A stretch of DNA of 50,155 bases, counting the filler, from Sphacelaria rigidula (Eukaryota): NCBI GenBank assembly GCA_964200075.2. It is 9 parts of 9 records of this genome, joined end to end, with 100 filler letters (N's around TTAATTAATTAA, not from the genome) between each part and the next. Parts side by side here need not be neighbours in the genome. Positions count along the whole stretch, not along the records: positions 33,505 to 38,988 come from CAXNAA020026950.1; positions 39,089 to 44,572 come from CAXNAA020026951.1; positions 44,673 to 50,155 come from CAXNAA020026952.1; 6 more parts are not named here. The stretch is one strand, 5' to 3'. Positions 34,140-47,125 of this stretch are shown here, piece after piece (the stretch's first letter is position 1; each line of letters starts with the position of its first letter). The translations under genes were made by a program, and so were the position numbers. The notes below the pieces were generated by a model. The model was given only the letters and a program-made list of their open reading frames with translations. It had not been told where the DNA came from and did no database searches.

Positions 34140-37100
34140 ACAATGTGAAGACGGGGAATCTCCGGTGTACGCGCAACTAGGGGGTAGAGGGACGCCAGGC
34201 GACAGTGCACGGATTGTAGCGAGCCAGCACGCATGCCCGCGCGACTGCATCGACGACCTTCAGGGTTGAAGGGAGGCGCTAACTCCATATCTGGGACACC
34301 CGCTCGGAAACGTAAGTGTGGGGGGCCTTCGAAGACACCGGGAACCGTCATCCCGGTGAAGTCAGGCTTGTGCATATACTGCTTCATACCAACGCTGACC
34401 TGGGCTGGTCCCGCAGGCCGGATCTCGAACGACCGCGGCGACGTTATGCCAACGATGGGAAACACGCGACCGCCGTCTGTCAGGACCCCTTTAGAGCTGC
34501 AGTGTAGACGGGCAGGCTCGTGTACGCAGCACTGAAGGTCTCTGCCTGCTGTTGTCTCGTGAACAGGCAAGAGCCCTTGCAGTGTACGGCGATCCTGTTA
34601 AACAATCGTAATTAAGTACCAAAAGTGGTCATCAATGACATACTTCCACCTACACACCGACCCTTCGATGTTCAAAGTAACTCGTGACATCGAGATATGT
34701 GTGGACGCTCATGTACTGTGCAACCATATCTTCTTACCCCTGCGAGAGTCGTACTGATACCGTACATAATTTGACATCGGAAAAGACCACCCGCGTACCG
34801 GCATTTTTTGCAGGACGTGCTCCGGGATTTTATTTCGAATTTTTTAATTGGTTGGAATTTCGTCCATATATTCTGTTATTTGATGACTTAGACTTCGTTC
34901 AAAAAAGGGAGAGTGAGGTTTTGCGAATGCGAACCTAACCACGGTCTCGGTCCTGAATATTTCTACCTAGGTTTGGAGTTACAGCCGATTCACAGCCCAA
35001 TTACCAAGGTCAATTACCGCGGTAAATTCCAAGGTTTACTGAGTGATCCCACGTTAGGGGTGAATTTGTAGGAGCCCTCCATCTCATTGGGGTTAGGGTT
35101 ACGTAAAACCGTACGGTTAGGGTCGGGACCTAACCCTGGGATAAGCGAGGCCATACATCACAGCCGGATGATCCAGTCGCATATTTCATTTCGTAAATAT
35201 GCATTGCTGTCGGAGGTCCCCCACGTTCATCCCCAATAACACAGTCTAGCCGCAGTTTATTATGCGGTGAAAAGCATATACCATATGAGTTACACGCGTT
35301 CTCGGTGCTTTGTCGCAAGAACTAATCCCTACGTGTGCCCTACGCGCATACTGTCTGATTTGGTGCCAAACACATCGCGGGATTTGGGTCTGTCGTCCAA
35401 TTGGCAACTCCGTAAGACCTCCCCAGGCACAGAACTCTTGTAAACCTTTACTCTGTGTCCAAGCACAGACTGGTCCGCCACGAGGTGTTGTGCTGTGTGT
35501 GGTGTGCGGTTGTGCGCTGTTGCTCCCCTGTTGTGGGATCAGAAGTAGTGGTGAATGAGAGCAGCCGTAGAAAGTACGGGGATTTTGAGTAGATGGCATC
35601 ACCATTCCATACCTTTTGTTAATATATTACGCGAAATATGTAAATTAGTATTTTTATTATCATTGTCATCATTATTATTATTTCCGCACACTAGCCCGAC
35701 CTCTCGTGGTTACAGACGTGGGCTCGTCTTTCCGATACCATCCCTGCTGTTCCTTGCAAAAGGGTTCTCATTGATTCTTATGAGCCTCTCGAGAAACAAA
35801 CACACAAATAGTAAATAAGAACCCAAACAAAACCGTAAGAGGGCACTCCAAGACAGCTGAAAATAAAGATAAAATAGCCCCGCCACGAGCAGGCCGGGGA
35901 GTGTAAACAATCGATTATCTATTTTAGAGTTTGATTCGAATCGACCAATGTTGGCTTCTCGGTCTTCGTCGTCCGTACGCATGATCGACTGTTCTGATCA
36001 CGATATATATGTTCTTCAATTCAATACCGATCTTCAATCTCGACGCACACTTCTTTGTACACACCTCGAGAAGACCTGGTCGATCATGATGTGGGTATGT
36101 TCAACCATCATGAAATTGACCTCAACCCGTCCGATTATGCCTCGAGCAACCAGAGAACCCAGGTACGTTAAGACGATGTGGTTCTTATTCTCACCCACGC
36201 AGTTGTCAAATTGGGCGTATAGTTCGTCTATGTACGCTGGGGTGCCGGCGCTGCAGTGCGTGTCGAACAGTCGCGTCAGTGCCCGCTAAATGGAGGTGCA
36301 TATAAGATTGCTGCCTGCGAAACAAGTACACGGTAAGGTGATGGCGGGATGGCGGGACGGACAGTGTGCGATGTTCGTTAGATTTGTGGAAGAAATGTTG
36401 TGGTGGACTGTGGGGCAGTGTGCTGTACCGAACCACACGCCTCGGCGGTAGAAGTATCGAACGAATAGGCTACGGCAGACGAACATTTACTTACTTCGAA
36501 TTGGGTGGGCGGCGATGCTACGCTATAAGAAAATCGAGATGCGAACGAATCATGCCGTCGATCGCCTCACGGTATAATTCGGCGACTGCATATCACGAGC
36601 ACCGTACTCGAACTCACCGCTCCCACGGTCTGAGGTGCCAGGAAGAACTCCACGAACTGTCCCTCCACGAGAACTGCCATGATTGGTTGGCGTTCGGCAT
36701 ATCCCCTGTCAGTCGCCACATCGCGCATAGCGCATAACCGTGGAGTCATATCAGACACGATACAGTCTACATCGACGTCGACGCACACGCGAGCGAGTAT
36801 TCACCAGCACCGTGACCGTGGGTGTACGCGAGTGTTCTAGGGGCTAACCAAAGGGGGACACCGTCGAATGCACGGTCATTTGTCGTTCGTACTCACTTGT
36901 CTGTGCCGTGCGTCGCTGGAGAGCACATAGGTAGAGCGAACAACGTTTGAGCTGCTGCATCGGCTTGTAGAGACACGAACTTCAACGGCTCCTGATTGGT
37001 GAAAGCCAGGCGCTGACGGTCTAGAGTCACCGACTGTAACGGTCGAGGGGAGGTCCGCATCGTAAGATTGATGAGGAATATCTCGAGCGTTGTATCTACC

Positions 37101-37959
37101 ATTGGGGCAAATCACGTGCCTCAAGCCGTGGTCCCAAGAAAGACGAACTCGGGACTGAAAGAAGCACAGAAACACCCGCTCAGGAGGCGTGAAGTAACCA
37201 CAGATATTAAAAACACAAACATACCTCATAAATTCAGATCAAAATACACACAATAAACGAAACCAATCCGAAATAACGAACTAAAAATATGCTAGTTAAA
37301 TGATAAAAAGAACAGTCGGCTGTTGATACGCGGCTCGGGCGGAGAGAGCCTCCGCCAAGACAACGTGTAAGTGGGAAACGCTACTCGACCGCATGGACCT
37401 GGGAAACTTGAATCGAGGGGCACTCGCGACTTGCGATACCGTGACGCCATGGGCCGAGGTCGCATACGGAGATGGAGGTTTACTCGACAGAATTTCGATA
37501 CGTACTCGCGTCGAAACATTTGATATCGACGGATCGCTGCAGGTACGAGCTGAGGAAATATAGTGGTCGGGAAATATCCTCCCCTTGACTGATTCGATAC
37601 ACCTGCGGCTACTTTAGATGCTATTCGTGGCGTAATCTCACATATTGCGTGTCCTCGTTTTCCCGGTGACATCACGAGCTGCCGACGATTTCGAGTAGAA
37701 GACGACTCACATGCAAGTGCGCCTTCTGCTCCATAGCGACCTCCTCCATCTTGCCGAGGTCAGCGGTGACCCTCACACCAGAACTCCCATTAAGGGTGTC
37801 ATGGTAGAGAGTGCACGCGTTACACTTCATGAATGTGCCGCCGACCTTGGCCTTGTAGTGGGGTCGGTCCTTGCGCATCGTGGTGTAAAAATAGCTAAGA
37901 CTTGCGGCCACCCCCCCTCCCGTATTACGCATATCCTTCACGAACGCATCGTACACTTC
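34140..37959 (-). pseudogene. Spliced, decayed DDE/D transposase of the DUF7869 (Sola-like) type; exons ~37959-37711, ~36836-36617, 36285-36065, 34594-~34140, possibly 37154-36897
   Basis: FMKCNACTLY...KAHLH; VCVDVD...QPIMAVLVEG..FF; ELYAQFDNCVGENKNHIVLTYLGSLVARG...VNFMMVEHTHIMIDQVFSR; IAVHCKGSCLFT...AY; GITSPRSFEI...MKQY. The 36065 donor and 34594 acceptor join in phase (AG|G). Confidence 0.8.
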
Positions 37960-38239
37960 CTGTCATTGGGGATGTGAGGTGTTCGCGTGTTTCGAGGGAT
38001 TGTGCGCAGGAAATTGAGCCCGCAACGCCGGATAGTTACGCTATATGGCTAGGAAAATGTGCGCACGCATGAAGTTGTTAGCGCAACATTAGCGTGCGCA
38101 TGAAGCCAAACAACTAGCACACAAGCGCGATGCGCTGCGTCCTGGGCTCCGGCGCGTATATCTGTACTGTCATCCACCGCATTGCCTCTTTCTGCGACGC
38201 TATTCGCAGAGGGGATGGATCCGGCTGTTGAACTGAATC

Positions 38240-38665
38240 AGACAGCACGCGATATTGAAAATTGGGGATGGATATTTTACTGTGGTTGAGCCCTGGGAAC
38301 CTTCGTAAGCATCGCTACATTTCCGCAATACAAAAAAGAATCTGCCCTCTCCGCTTGTGCCGTGTGGCGTGGCTCCTCCTGAACAATAGTCCGTCTGCAA
38401 TTTGCGGCATCCTGTACTTACACGGAACAAGTTAACCCTCCGGTCCTTCCTGTATTTTACACTGCTCGTGTATTCCAGAATCCCCTGGAAAACACGGGAT
38501 TTTACAAATGACCGGCGTTTTCTCCCATGATGAGCAACGCCACATATTACAGCCGGAGAGTGCATTTGTAATTCTACTTCGAAAACATTTCGATGCTTGT
38601 GGCGGTTCCCAGCGTTATTCCTCCATAAAGACTGTGCTCAATTTCCGAAATCGCGTGCTAGATGC
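38240..38665. repeat. Diverged long inverted repeat (old foldback/MITE)
   Basis: AGCACGCGAT..GAAA.TTG...CTGGGAACC...AAGCATCG...CTCTCCG...TGTGGCGT.GCTC (38245-38380) is mirrored at 38530-38660. Confidence 0.65.
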
Positions 38666-38876
38666 GCTAAGGGGTAGTCGATGGTCCAGTAATTTGAAGT
38701 GGAATCGAAGACTATGAACACCGTCGGGGATCGAAGTCTTCCAGGTTCGTACCTCTTGCCCGACAAAAACACAAATCGAAACGATATTTACCAACTGCTT
38801 CCTCAAATGTTTTGGCAAAAAAGAAAAAAATGAAACTAAAATAAGACGCGGTTTACCGTTGGTGATGCCGCGAGAG

Positions 38877-38911
<35 letters not shown>

Positions 38912-39088
38912 ACCCAAAAAAAAAAACAACACACCAAAAAAAAACAACCCAAACCGCCACCCACCTCCCCCCCCCCTTTTTTTTTTTTNNNNNNNNNNNN
39001 NNNNNNNNNNNNNNNNNNNNNNNNNNNNNNNNTTAATTAATTAANNNNNNNNNNNNNNNNNNNNNNNNNNNNNNNNNNNNNNNNNNNN

Positions 39089-39739
39089 GATAGGCTGAAA
39101 ACAAGACGAAAATCTGTTTATAGATGAAGACGCGGGGTACAAGGTAAAAGTAAGATACATGATCGAAATAAGAGAAAAAGGAGCGCTCAGGCGCAAAGTA
39201 GACGAGGAAGAACACCTGGAGATATACGGGTGGTTGAGAGAGGGGATTGGGAATAAAGCATATTTGCATGGCCCAATGGACGCTGCTAAGCATATGAGAT
39301 AGCGATTTCGCGAGGGGACCTAGACCTGCCAAAAATAAGGAAGGAATATACCAGTCGTCTAAAGGAAGAGGAAGTAGATAGACAGAACTGCCTCTGTGGC
39401 AAAGGAATATAGAGCAGAAGTCATATAGTGGCAGAATGTGAACTATACAAGGAGGAACGGGACGTGCTACAGGGGGAAATGCGGGACGTGAACGAAGGTG
39501 TCATGAAATGGTTTGATGCATTGGACAGTAGGGAGAAAACGATGTAGGAGATGAATGGTGGCCAGAGGCGGCGAAACAGGACGGAGATCAGATATGTAAA
39601 AGGTTTTGTGTAATGTATGGAAGAAACGTAATGAGCTATGGAAGAAACATCATGGGCGCCGGAATGTCGGAGGTGTCTCTATTAGGAGTAGGAACGGTGN
39701 NNNNNNNNNAAACGGCTAAGGCAAGCAAAAAATGAGTAC
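39089..39739 (+). mobile_element. 3' fragment of LINE family 1
   Basis: Homologous to 4850-5413. Decayed CLCG...SRSHIVAECELY knuckle; ends GCTAAGGCAAGCAAAAAATGAGTAC. Confidence 0.8.
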
Positions 39740-40059
39740 GCCCCCCCTCCCTGTCCCCCCGAATCCTCAAAAACTATTAGCCATCGGACTTCGCTCAGCT
39801 GCAACTGTGGCTTGTTTTCGTTGGGAAACCTATCTCAGTATTTTACTTCAATGTTCAACGGGACATGAACGCAACCCCCCTTCCCTACGCGCGTTATGTT
39901 TTTTCAATTTCTGTTTTGGTCATCCTGCCCAACCTTGGACGACATTGGTTACATTGCAGTCTTCCCACCATTTATACATTATGTACCTGAATAAGGGTCG
40001 ACCCCCCCGCCATCACTCCCCTGCCCCCCTCCCCCCCCCGCGCGCTTGTGTACCGCCAG

Positions 40060-40215
40060 CATGCGAAGGAGCATTGAGGTCGCGTCGACCCGACCCCGAG
40101 ACGACAACGAAAGATCCGCCACCGATGATCCTCTGAACAGCATCTCGGCGTCGTCGTCAACCGCCCCTGGGGGTTCGGCAAAGCGGCGGATGGGCGTCAC
40201 GCAGCACCGGAGAAG
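40060..40215 (+). CDS. Candidate internal exon of an unknown low-complexity protein (MRRSIEVASTRPRDDNERSATDDPL...)
   Basis: CCGCCAG acceptor after a C-rich tract, AG|GTAGG donor, 156 nt, phase 2-2, GC-rich. Confidence 0.35.
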
Positions 40216-41242
40216 GTAGGAGGTATCGGTAAATCACATCAATGGCGCCCAAAGTTTTTCATGAATACGGGAGTTTTTCTATTTTGTGAACGATCAGCCT
40301 CCAAGCTCGCTGCCTGTGTGTGTTGGGAGAGGGAGTTGAAGAGGGAGCGCCTGTACACGTGAGATTGCGGTACACGGTGCATTTGGTGAAAACGAGGTTA
40401 TTTCTCCTCGTCATTGTCGCAAGCATCCATCTTTTTTGTATGCATTTTGTGCTTCCGTCATTCATATGTGTGCGTTATTCGATGGGGAACAAAACTGAGT
40501 TGCCTGGTGGCGTCGACGCCGGGTTCCACGTTTTCGTCGTTTTCGTCGTTTTCGTCGTTTTCGTTTTTTTGTTGTTCGCTTGACGAATACAACCAGGAAT
40601 CGTAAAAGCTCCTTGACGCCCTCGAAGCATTTCATGTTCACGCCACCCCTCCGTGTTCCCTCCACGATCGACCGTCGCTTCGTGCCAAACCATCCATGCA
40701 CCACGACAGGGTTCAGGCCAAAGGTGCGACCCTTGTGGCTCATCCACCGTCCACGTGAACGCTCAAGAAGAGCGCACCAAGTATGTTGTCCTGCGACAGG
40801 CGCGGGAAAGAAAATCGGGGGCCCGTTTTGCACGTGTTTGTGGCATTGTGTTTTTTTCTAGGGCAGGGCCACTAGCACGTGCAGCTGCCCCCTGTCGAAA
40901 TATGCGGTTCAACACACGGGCAGTAGTACTGTCTTCGTTCATGAAAAACATCGCTGCTCTCCGTGCGAGTTAGGACCACGCCGATCCACCCCACGTCGGA
41001 AAACTTCTGCGCTGAAGGTTTCGGGCGGAATGTTCACAAACGTGCGGTCTACCATATGCAACTGGTCGGGTGCAATTCAAAGGGAATCAATCGAGACTTA
41101 CCCTGTTTGTTCATTGAAATGTCCTGAGACCTTGGTCCCTGATTTATTCATGGTCTTGGTGGAACCGCACTGATTACCGTGTGCGAGTGGGACGAGAGGA
41201 GGCGGGGTGTACTCATGATCATGCCATTAGAGGAGGCGGGGG

Positions 41243-41279
<37 letters not shown>

Positions 41280-43084
41280 CCTCTTGTTTGGCGGGGGTTA
41301 GGGGGGGGGCGGGGGGGGGGCCCCGGGGCGCCGGGGGGGGGGGGGTTGGGGGGGGGGGGGGGGGGGGTAGGGGGGGAGTGTGCTACTCATGTTTGGCATG
41401 CGTTAGCTGGTAGACCGGTCGGTGACCACGCGTGCTCGAGAGGGTGCAGTTTTCTTTTCATCAAAGCAGAGCGATCACCGATTGCCAATCGCTCCTTTGT
41501 CCTGTGTATTGACAAACGTGGCTTAACACACGCCGCGTCCGCTATCCGACGCAACACACATTTTTTCCCGCAGTGATCCTTTCAGCTGGCGTCAATCCGT
41601 GTCCTTCTCAAGCTGGGCTGTTATTGGTCACCATGAAAAACCCCCAGCATAATCTATCTGTCGGTGCCGTTAAGTTGCCGTCTGATACCACAGAAAGTGG
41701 CGATTGCCTGGTCGCCTGCAAGTAGTGTTGCTCGATTCACTATGAATCCGGCTCGCGAAGTTTACTGGGACGCATGCGATTATAGGCGTGTTTGTGCGTT
41801 TTGTCTTGATTATGATATATATGCAATTTTGCTACGATTATAGGCGCATGCGGGGCAGGACCCTAAAGGTTTATAAATCTTCAAAACATGTAGTTGCACT
41901 TTTATCGGTTTCGAGGAGGAGCCGGAGGTCAATGCCATGTGACATGTACTGTATGTACACTGTATTGGTATGCTATTTACAGTGGACCGCGAACCCGGAG
42001 GCCGAACGTGGGTACAGTATTACACCACTCACTGTCGTCTATACCATGCTCAGTTGCACGGAACAGTATGTTGGTGAGAACAGGAACGGATTGTGAGATG
42101 AAGTAAGGAATGGGTTTCGGTCAAGCAAGACATTTGTTGATTTCGTCGGTTTTTTGAAGTGGAAGCTTGCGAACAGAAGAAGGGGGAGATGTAGAGGACG
42201 CTGTTCCAAAGACGATTGGGATTAGCGGCGGTGCCAAACCAACAGAAGGAAAAGGCGACTGTCTCTCTTCGTATCCTACACTAGACGCTTCGGTGTGCTG
42301 TCACCGGCAGTCAGCATTGGGGCGTGGGGCATAAGGGGCGTTTTTTTCGGACATGTTCGAAAAGGTCGGACGCGGATGACTCTCGAAAGATCGTGGGCGT
42401 TACGGCGTACACGCAGGGAAGCTCTCCGGGGAGCCGCGGGTTGCTGTTATAAATAGTCAGACTTGTCAAAAAATAAAGTTCGGATTTGTTTTCAACCCGC
42501 TTCATTGTTGGAGAAGCCCGAAGGCAGAGTCTCTCTGAGAAATTCGGAGGTCCCTTGGAAAACATCGGGGTCGATAATGGTGGGCCATAGCAGAAGAAAA
42601 AATACTCACGCGAAGACCCACTACAGCCCGAGGTCGCTAATCTGGGCTCATCATACTCTATGTTATGCTCGGTGAGCGCACACCGCACGCCCATCTTACC
42701 TCCGGTATTATAGTGGTATCTTGTTCACTTGCTGTATACTCTGTACCCCGCTTTTTGTCGTGCTGTCTCGTGCACAAGAGTGTTTCGGAAAACGCTTTGT
42801 TGTTATTTCAGAGTACAAATATCTCACGATCAGAATGTAACAGAAAATTGATCCCCCCTCCGTCAAATATGGCATCTCCTATACTATTTTCGATGAGCTT
42901 TTTTGTATTCTGCACTCTGATCCTGCGATATTTGCACTCCGAAATGACGAGAAGCGTTTTCCGAAACTCTCCAATACTTTGAACCTTGCTGTGCTACGCT
43001 GCGCTGTGCTGCGCTGTGCTGAGCTATGCTACGCTGTGCTGCGATTTGCTGCGCAATGCTGCAATCACTTTGTGAATTTGTGCG

Positions 43085-43200
43085 GAGGTCATCAAACCAC
43101 CCACATCTCTCGCCGCTGTCAAAGCCTACGCATGCCCGCAGCCCGTCGTGGAACTTTGACGGACAATGGCGATACTCCGTATACCAGTAGAGTTTACTGG
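43085..43200 (-). mobile_element. Small relic of a second LINE RT family
   Basis: KFHDGLRACVGFDSGERCGWF resembles the RT segment QFHDGMRACVR.DDG.CS.WF that precedes GLRQG. Confidence 0.55.
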
Positions 43201-43431
43201 CTAGGGTTAGCAGTAGCGATACTTGAAAAATTGTGTCAACCATGGCCATTTGTAACCCAACACCGGTCAACTAGCCTCCCTTATCCCGTATACAAAACAA
43301 ATTTCAAAGCGCAACACTGAAAACCGAGCTGTTGAATCCAGATTTAATGTCTCTCCCAGGGGGCAGCAAAAAACAAATTCTTGACATAAAAGCCCCAAGA
43401 TCGAAAATTTCAGTTTTTTAGGGGGGGATGG

Positions 43432-43515
43432 GGCGTACTCATCTGTTGCTTGCCTCAGTCGTTTCGCCATTGACCACGCATCCCTTTCGAGNNNNNNNNN
43501 NTCTTCCATACATCG
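43432..43515 (-). mobile_element. Terminal fragment of LINE family 1
   Basis: GTACTCATCTGTTGCTTGCCTCAGTCGTT...TTGACCACGCATCC is the reverse complement of the LINE 3' end. Confidence 0.7.
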
Positions 43516-44789
43516 CACAAAAACCTTTTACATATCTTATCCAGTTTTTGAGGGGGGGGGGGACACCCAGCCGTGTGCTCCCCGGTTTATTGCCGAAGCG
43601 TTGGCGGATGCAGTCAGTTGCCGTGGACAGTAAAGATCCTTATATGTACATGTAGCATTTCACTTTTTCACCACTTTTGCCGAGTTTTCTCTGGCGGCAA
43701 GGTATCTCATTACGCGCTTTCTTTTGCAGTGCACGAAGAAGGCGCAGCGGTACATTATCTTTTAGGTTTGGGTTTGGGTGTCATCTGATAACTGTGGCGC
43801 GTGTTCTGGCCATCGAAAGTCGCCCGCACTGGCTCTTTTTCGCGGGGTGTCGATCCCGAATCACAAAAGCCTTCCCAAGTTCATAGAAAACTTAAAGCAG
43901 CAGGATAAATGTTGGCGGGGTATTTTCCCCCCGTGTTTCTCTTCGTCGGATTCTCGTTCATTTGGGAGCACGAGTACACCGCTTATGCCGCCAATGTCAC
44001 GAAAACATGAGAGCAATGCAGTTGAAAACAATTGAACATTGCCTTGGCCTTAGTCAGCAGCAAATACCAGATCGTGCGGAGAGGCTTTGACGAGTTGAAC
44101 AAGGCACACACGTGGGCAAACGTCCCCACTATGGGTCACCTGCATTGACCAGCAGAGGGCGGTGCCAAAATCCCTGTGATCATGCAACCCGTAGGATGCA
44201 CCTGTGACAGGTTTGTCCTTGTGACAGGGATGGCAGGGAGAATCATACGAGTGCGCACCTCATGTATCTTTCGACGGCTTAGTACTGTTATTTAAGTACA
44301 AGTCAAGCGGTACTTTGCTTGTGGATTCCTCCGCCGTGTCTGAACGAACCAGCCTGAAAATTGGCACAGGAGTGGACCACAACACGGACAGCATATTCCC
44401 GCATCGGCGGCACGTTTTACGTGGTGCGCCAGATGCACGAAGTGAATACGGATTCCGGGCAACGCCATCGATACTCCCTCAAAACGGACTCCCCTCGGCC
44501 CAGACTGTGTGAGACGTCAGTGAATGCATATATGGACATGCAGATGCGCTCACTTCCACATCATGACCTGCTNNNNNNNNNNNNNNNNNNNNNNNNNNNN
44601 NNNNNNNNNNNNNNNNTTAATTAATTAANNNNNNNNNNNNNNNNNNNNNNNNNNNNNNNNNNNNNNNNNNNNGGATCAATAGTTTTAGGTAGTGGGTCCG
44701 AAGCCTGCCCGTTTCTTTGTTTTTTTTCGTCCGTCGTTAAGGTCATACATTATACGGTACATTTTTTCTTATCTTTTTTTCATTCACCG

Positions 44790-47125
44790 GCGGTGCCGTC
44801 TGTCACCAGGTTGGTCTACACTTCACAGTGATATGCTTATATCGGGTTCATTCAGGAAACTGGGGAAGCTGTGGTGTGAGCAAGTTTTAGCAGCTTTTAA
44901 GCTGGCCCAGCTCGTACTGCGTGCAGTACCGACTGGTGCGCCTACTGCAGTAGGCAATCGAATTCACACTATGCTCAGTACACTCTTTGGCATTGTGTAG
45001 AACTCTTCCGTCCAGGGTGTGGTGCATGTTCACATATAATGTTACGCGCTGAGATTGTGAAAAAAATCCGCAACATACGGGCGAAGTGGAACTGGGGCAA
45101 TCGCCAAAATCATCATATGGAAACTCCCATCCAGTGTTCTCTAAGCTGATACCGCTAGAAAAATACCAATACACCCACACTGCTGGCTGCCAGAGTGTCC
45201 CACGCAGTGTCCGGAAGTTGTGGTACTGTTTGTAAGGAGACATTGCCCCCTAGTCAGGTATGCCGGTAAGGATCCGTGGTGGAACCCACTGGTCGCGCGA
45301 GAGGAGCGTAACCTTGACCTTTCGAGCGATTCGGAGCGGGAACGTTAAGCACCCGACCCTCAGATGTATAACGGAGCCTAAACGATACTTATTTGCTGAG
45401 TTTCTTCGAGCGTTCACCCATAATTGGGCGAAGATTCATGATGAGGCCGGCAGGATCCGTTGCGGCCTGCGTGCCCCGACTGATACCGTACCCAGTACAA
45501 TCGTCAGCAGAGAGCAAATATTGGAAGAAAAAAAGTACTGGCACTGCTGGTATCCACCGTTTCAATGCAGACCGGGCCCTCAGCGCCTTGCGCGGCTATA
45601 GCTGTGACTCTGACGCCTTGCCGTGGTATTAATCTACACATCCTCCACGTTTGGCGTCATAACAAGCGAGATGCGGACTATCTTGATGCCCAACCTTCCA
45701 AAATACCGCCTCCATATTATGGAAAAGGAACAACACTGTACATCGGTCACATCCGGTTTTGTGGGGAAAACGATGCCGATTCAACAAATAACCTTCCCTG
45801 GCAGCCGAAGGGTTGAGGCAGGAGAGATGTAGTATGCCAATCATGCGTACAGTAAGTGCTTGATTGTTTGCACGAGTCGAATCGTACGATTCCTATGAGA
45901 ACGGGGATTCGTTCTCGGTCACTACCGGTGATTCAGACGGCATGAATCCTACGTACGTGCTTCCCATCTATCACTCAGACGGCATGGACCAAGCGTTCAT
46001 GTTTCCCAGCTGTCCTTCGTACCGGTGTTTTTTCCCTTTCCATGATACGGAAGCGAACACGCCCTCGACATAGTCGCATTGGCATACCGGCAGTCGTGCG
46101 AAACATCGTAGTAGGTATGTTCCACAGTGTTCTTCGTATTGAGGGAGCCATGCTTGCAAGAGAGTTGATCGCATCAGCACGGAGAGCTGGCGCTACGGGC
46201 AGCGTTCCGCGAACTTGGAAACCCGCAGGGTGAAAAGTGTGTTTCACTGCGCAGATGACGAGCGGTTGCTGTTCAACAGCTGCTGATCATTAGTCACATG
46301 TTCGTGAGAAAATGCCGCACTGTGTGTGCTCAGAGGTTACGGTACCCTCTGGTAGTGATTCCTCTATTCTATGCGGTACCCATTAAACTTGTCTGTTGTA
46401 CTTGTATACATCTTCTATGGCATGTGTCATAGCGCCGGAAGGTAAGAAACTCCGCGAGATCTCGGCGAAGTCGCGTAGGCGGACCACCAAAATCTTGGGT
46501 GAAGGTCTCGTACCACCTGACTGAGAGTTGGTACTCATCGAGGAACACAACAGCGACCACCTTGGTGGTTGTCATGTCTTCATGACGTGTTCAGTAAGTT
46601 CTGATACTGGCTGTATGGAGGCCATGCTCCCTGCCCAGGCGCCTGCGAAAGGGTCCTTGGCAAGAAACACAGTTCGCACCTAAGCAGCTACTTTGCCAGC
46701 TCTGGTGCAAGATGGCGTGGGAACAGAGAACCCAGGAACCTCAGTGAGATACTCAAGCCTGGAGCGTGCTTGTTAGCTGCGGTGCTTCGATCGTTTACCC
46801 ATGAGCGGGCAAGTTCGAGGAGACAGCTGGGAATATTTGGTCCTGCCTCTGTACCGTTTTCCTATCGTACCCTCTATGATCGTCATGAGACGGTGGGTAC
46901 AACAAAAAATCGATATGCCCTGCTGAGAACCACCCTATTCAATCCCCACAGCGCTCTGAGTGCCGTGCGCCATCAAACCTGTGGCTTCAACACCCACCTA
47001 CGGCATCAAGCAACGTTGTACTGGAAGCTTCAGCATCGTCAGACACCAGGTGTGGTGTGTCTGGAGGTACAACCGTCGAAGGCACCGCCTCGATATTATT
47101 CAAAGGTGAAGACACTGGTACGGCA
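44790..47125 (+). pseudogene. Two tandem, diverged, decayed intronless coding units of unknown family (~44790-45816 and ~46050-47125)
   Basis: Collinear blocks FRKLG/FRELG, KLWYCL*GDIAP/KF*YWLYGGHAP, FLRAFTH/VLRSFTH, FNADRALSALR/FNPHSALSAVR and QPSKIPPPYYGKGTTL/QPSKAPPRYYSKVKTL. Several synonymous third-position differences occur in the last block. Confidence 0.6.

Larger units (their letters stand above)
5485..44672. other. Eight artificial contig-joining spacers N44-TTAATTAATTAA-N44 at 5485-5584, 11069-11168, 16653-16752, 22237-22336, 27821-27920, 33405-33504, 38989-39088, 44573-44672
   Basis: Identical 100-nt linkers with stops in all six frames, spaced exactly 5584 nt apart. Confidence 0.98.

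Noticed and set aside
41181..41576. Gly-rich ORF (and Pro-rich ORF at 38859-39044)
   Set aside because: These are translations of low-quality poly-G/poly-C tracts.
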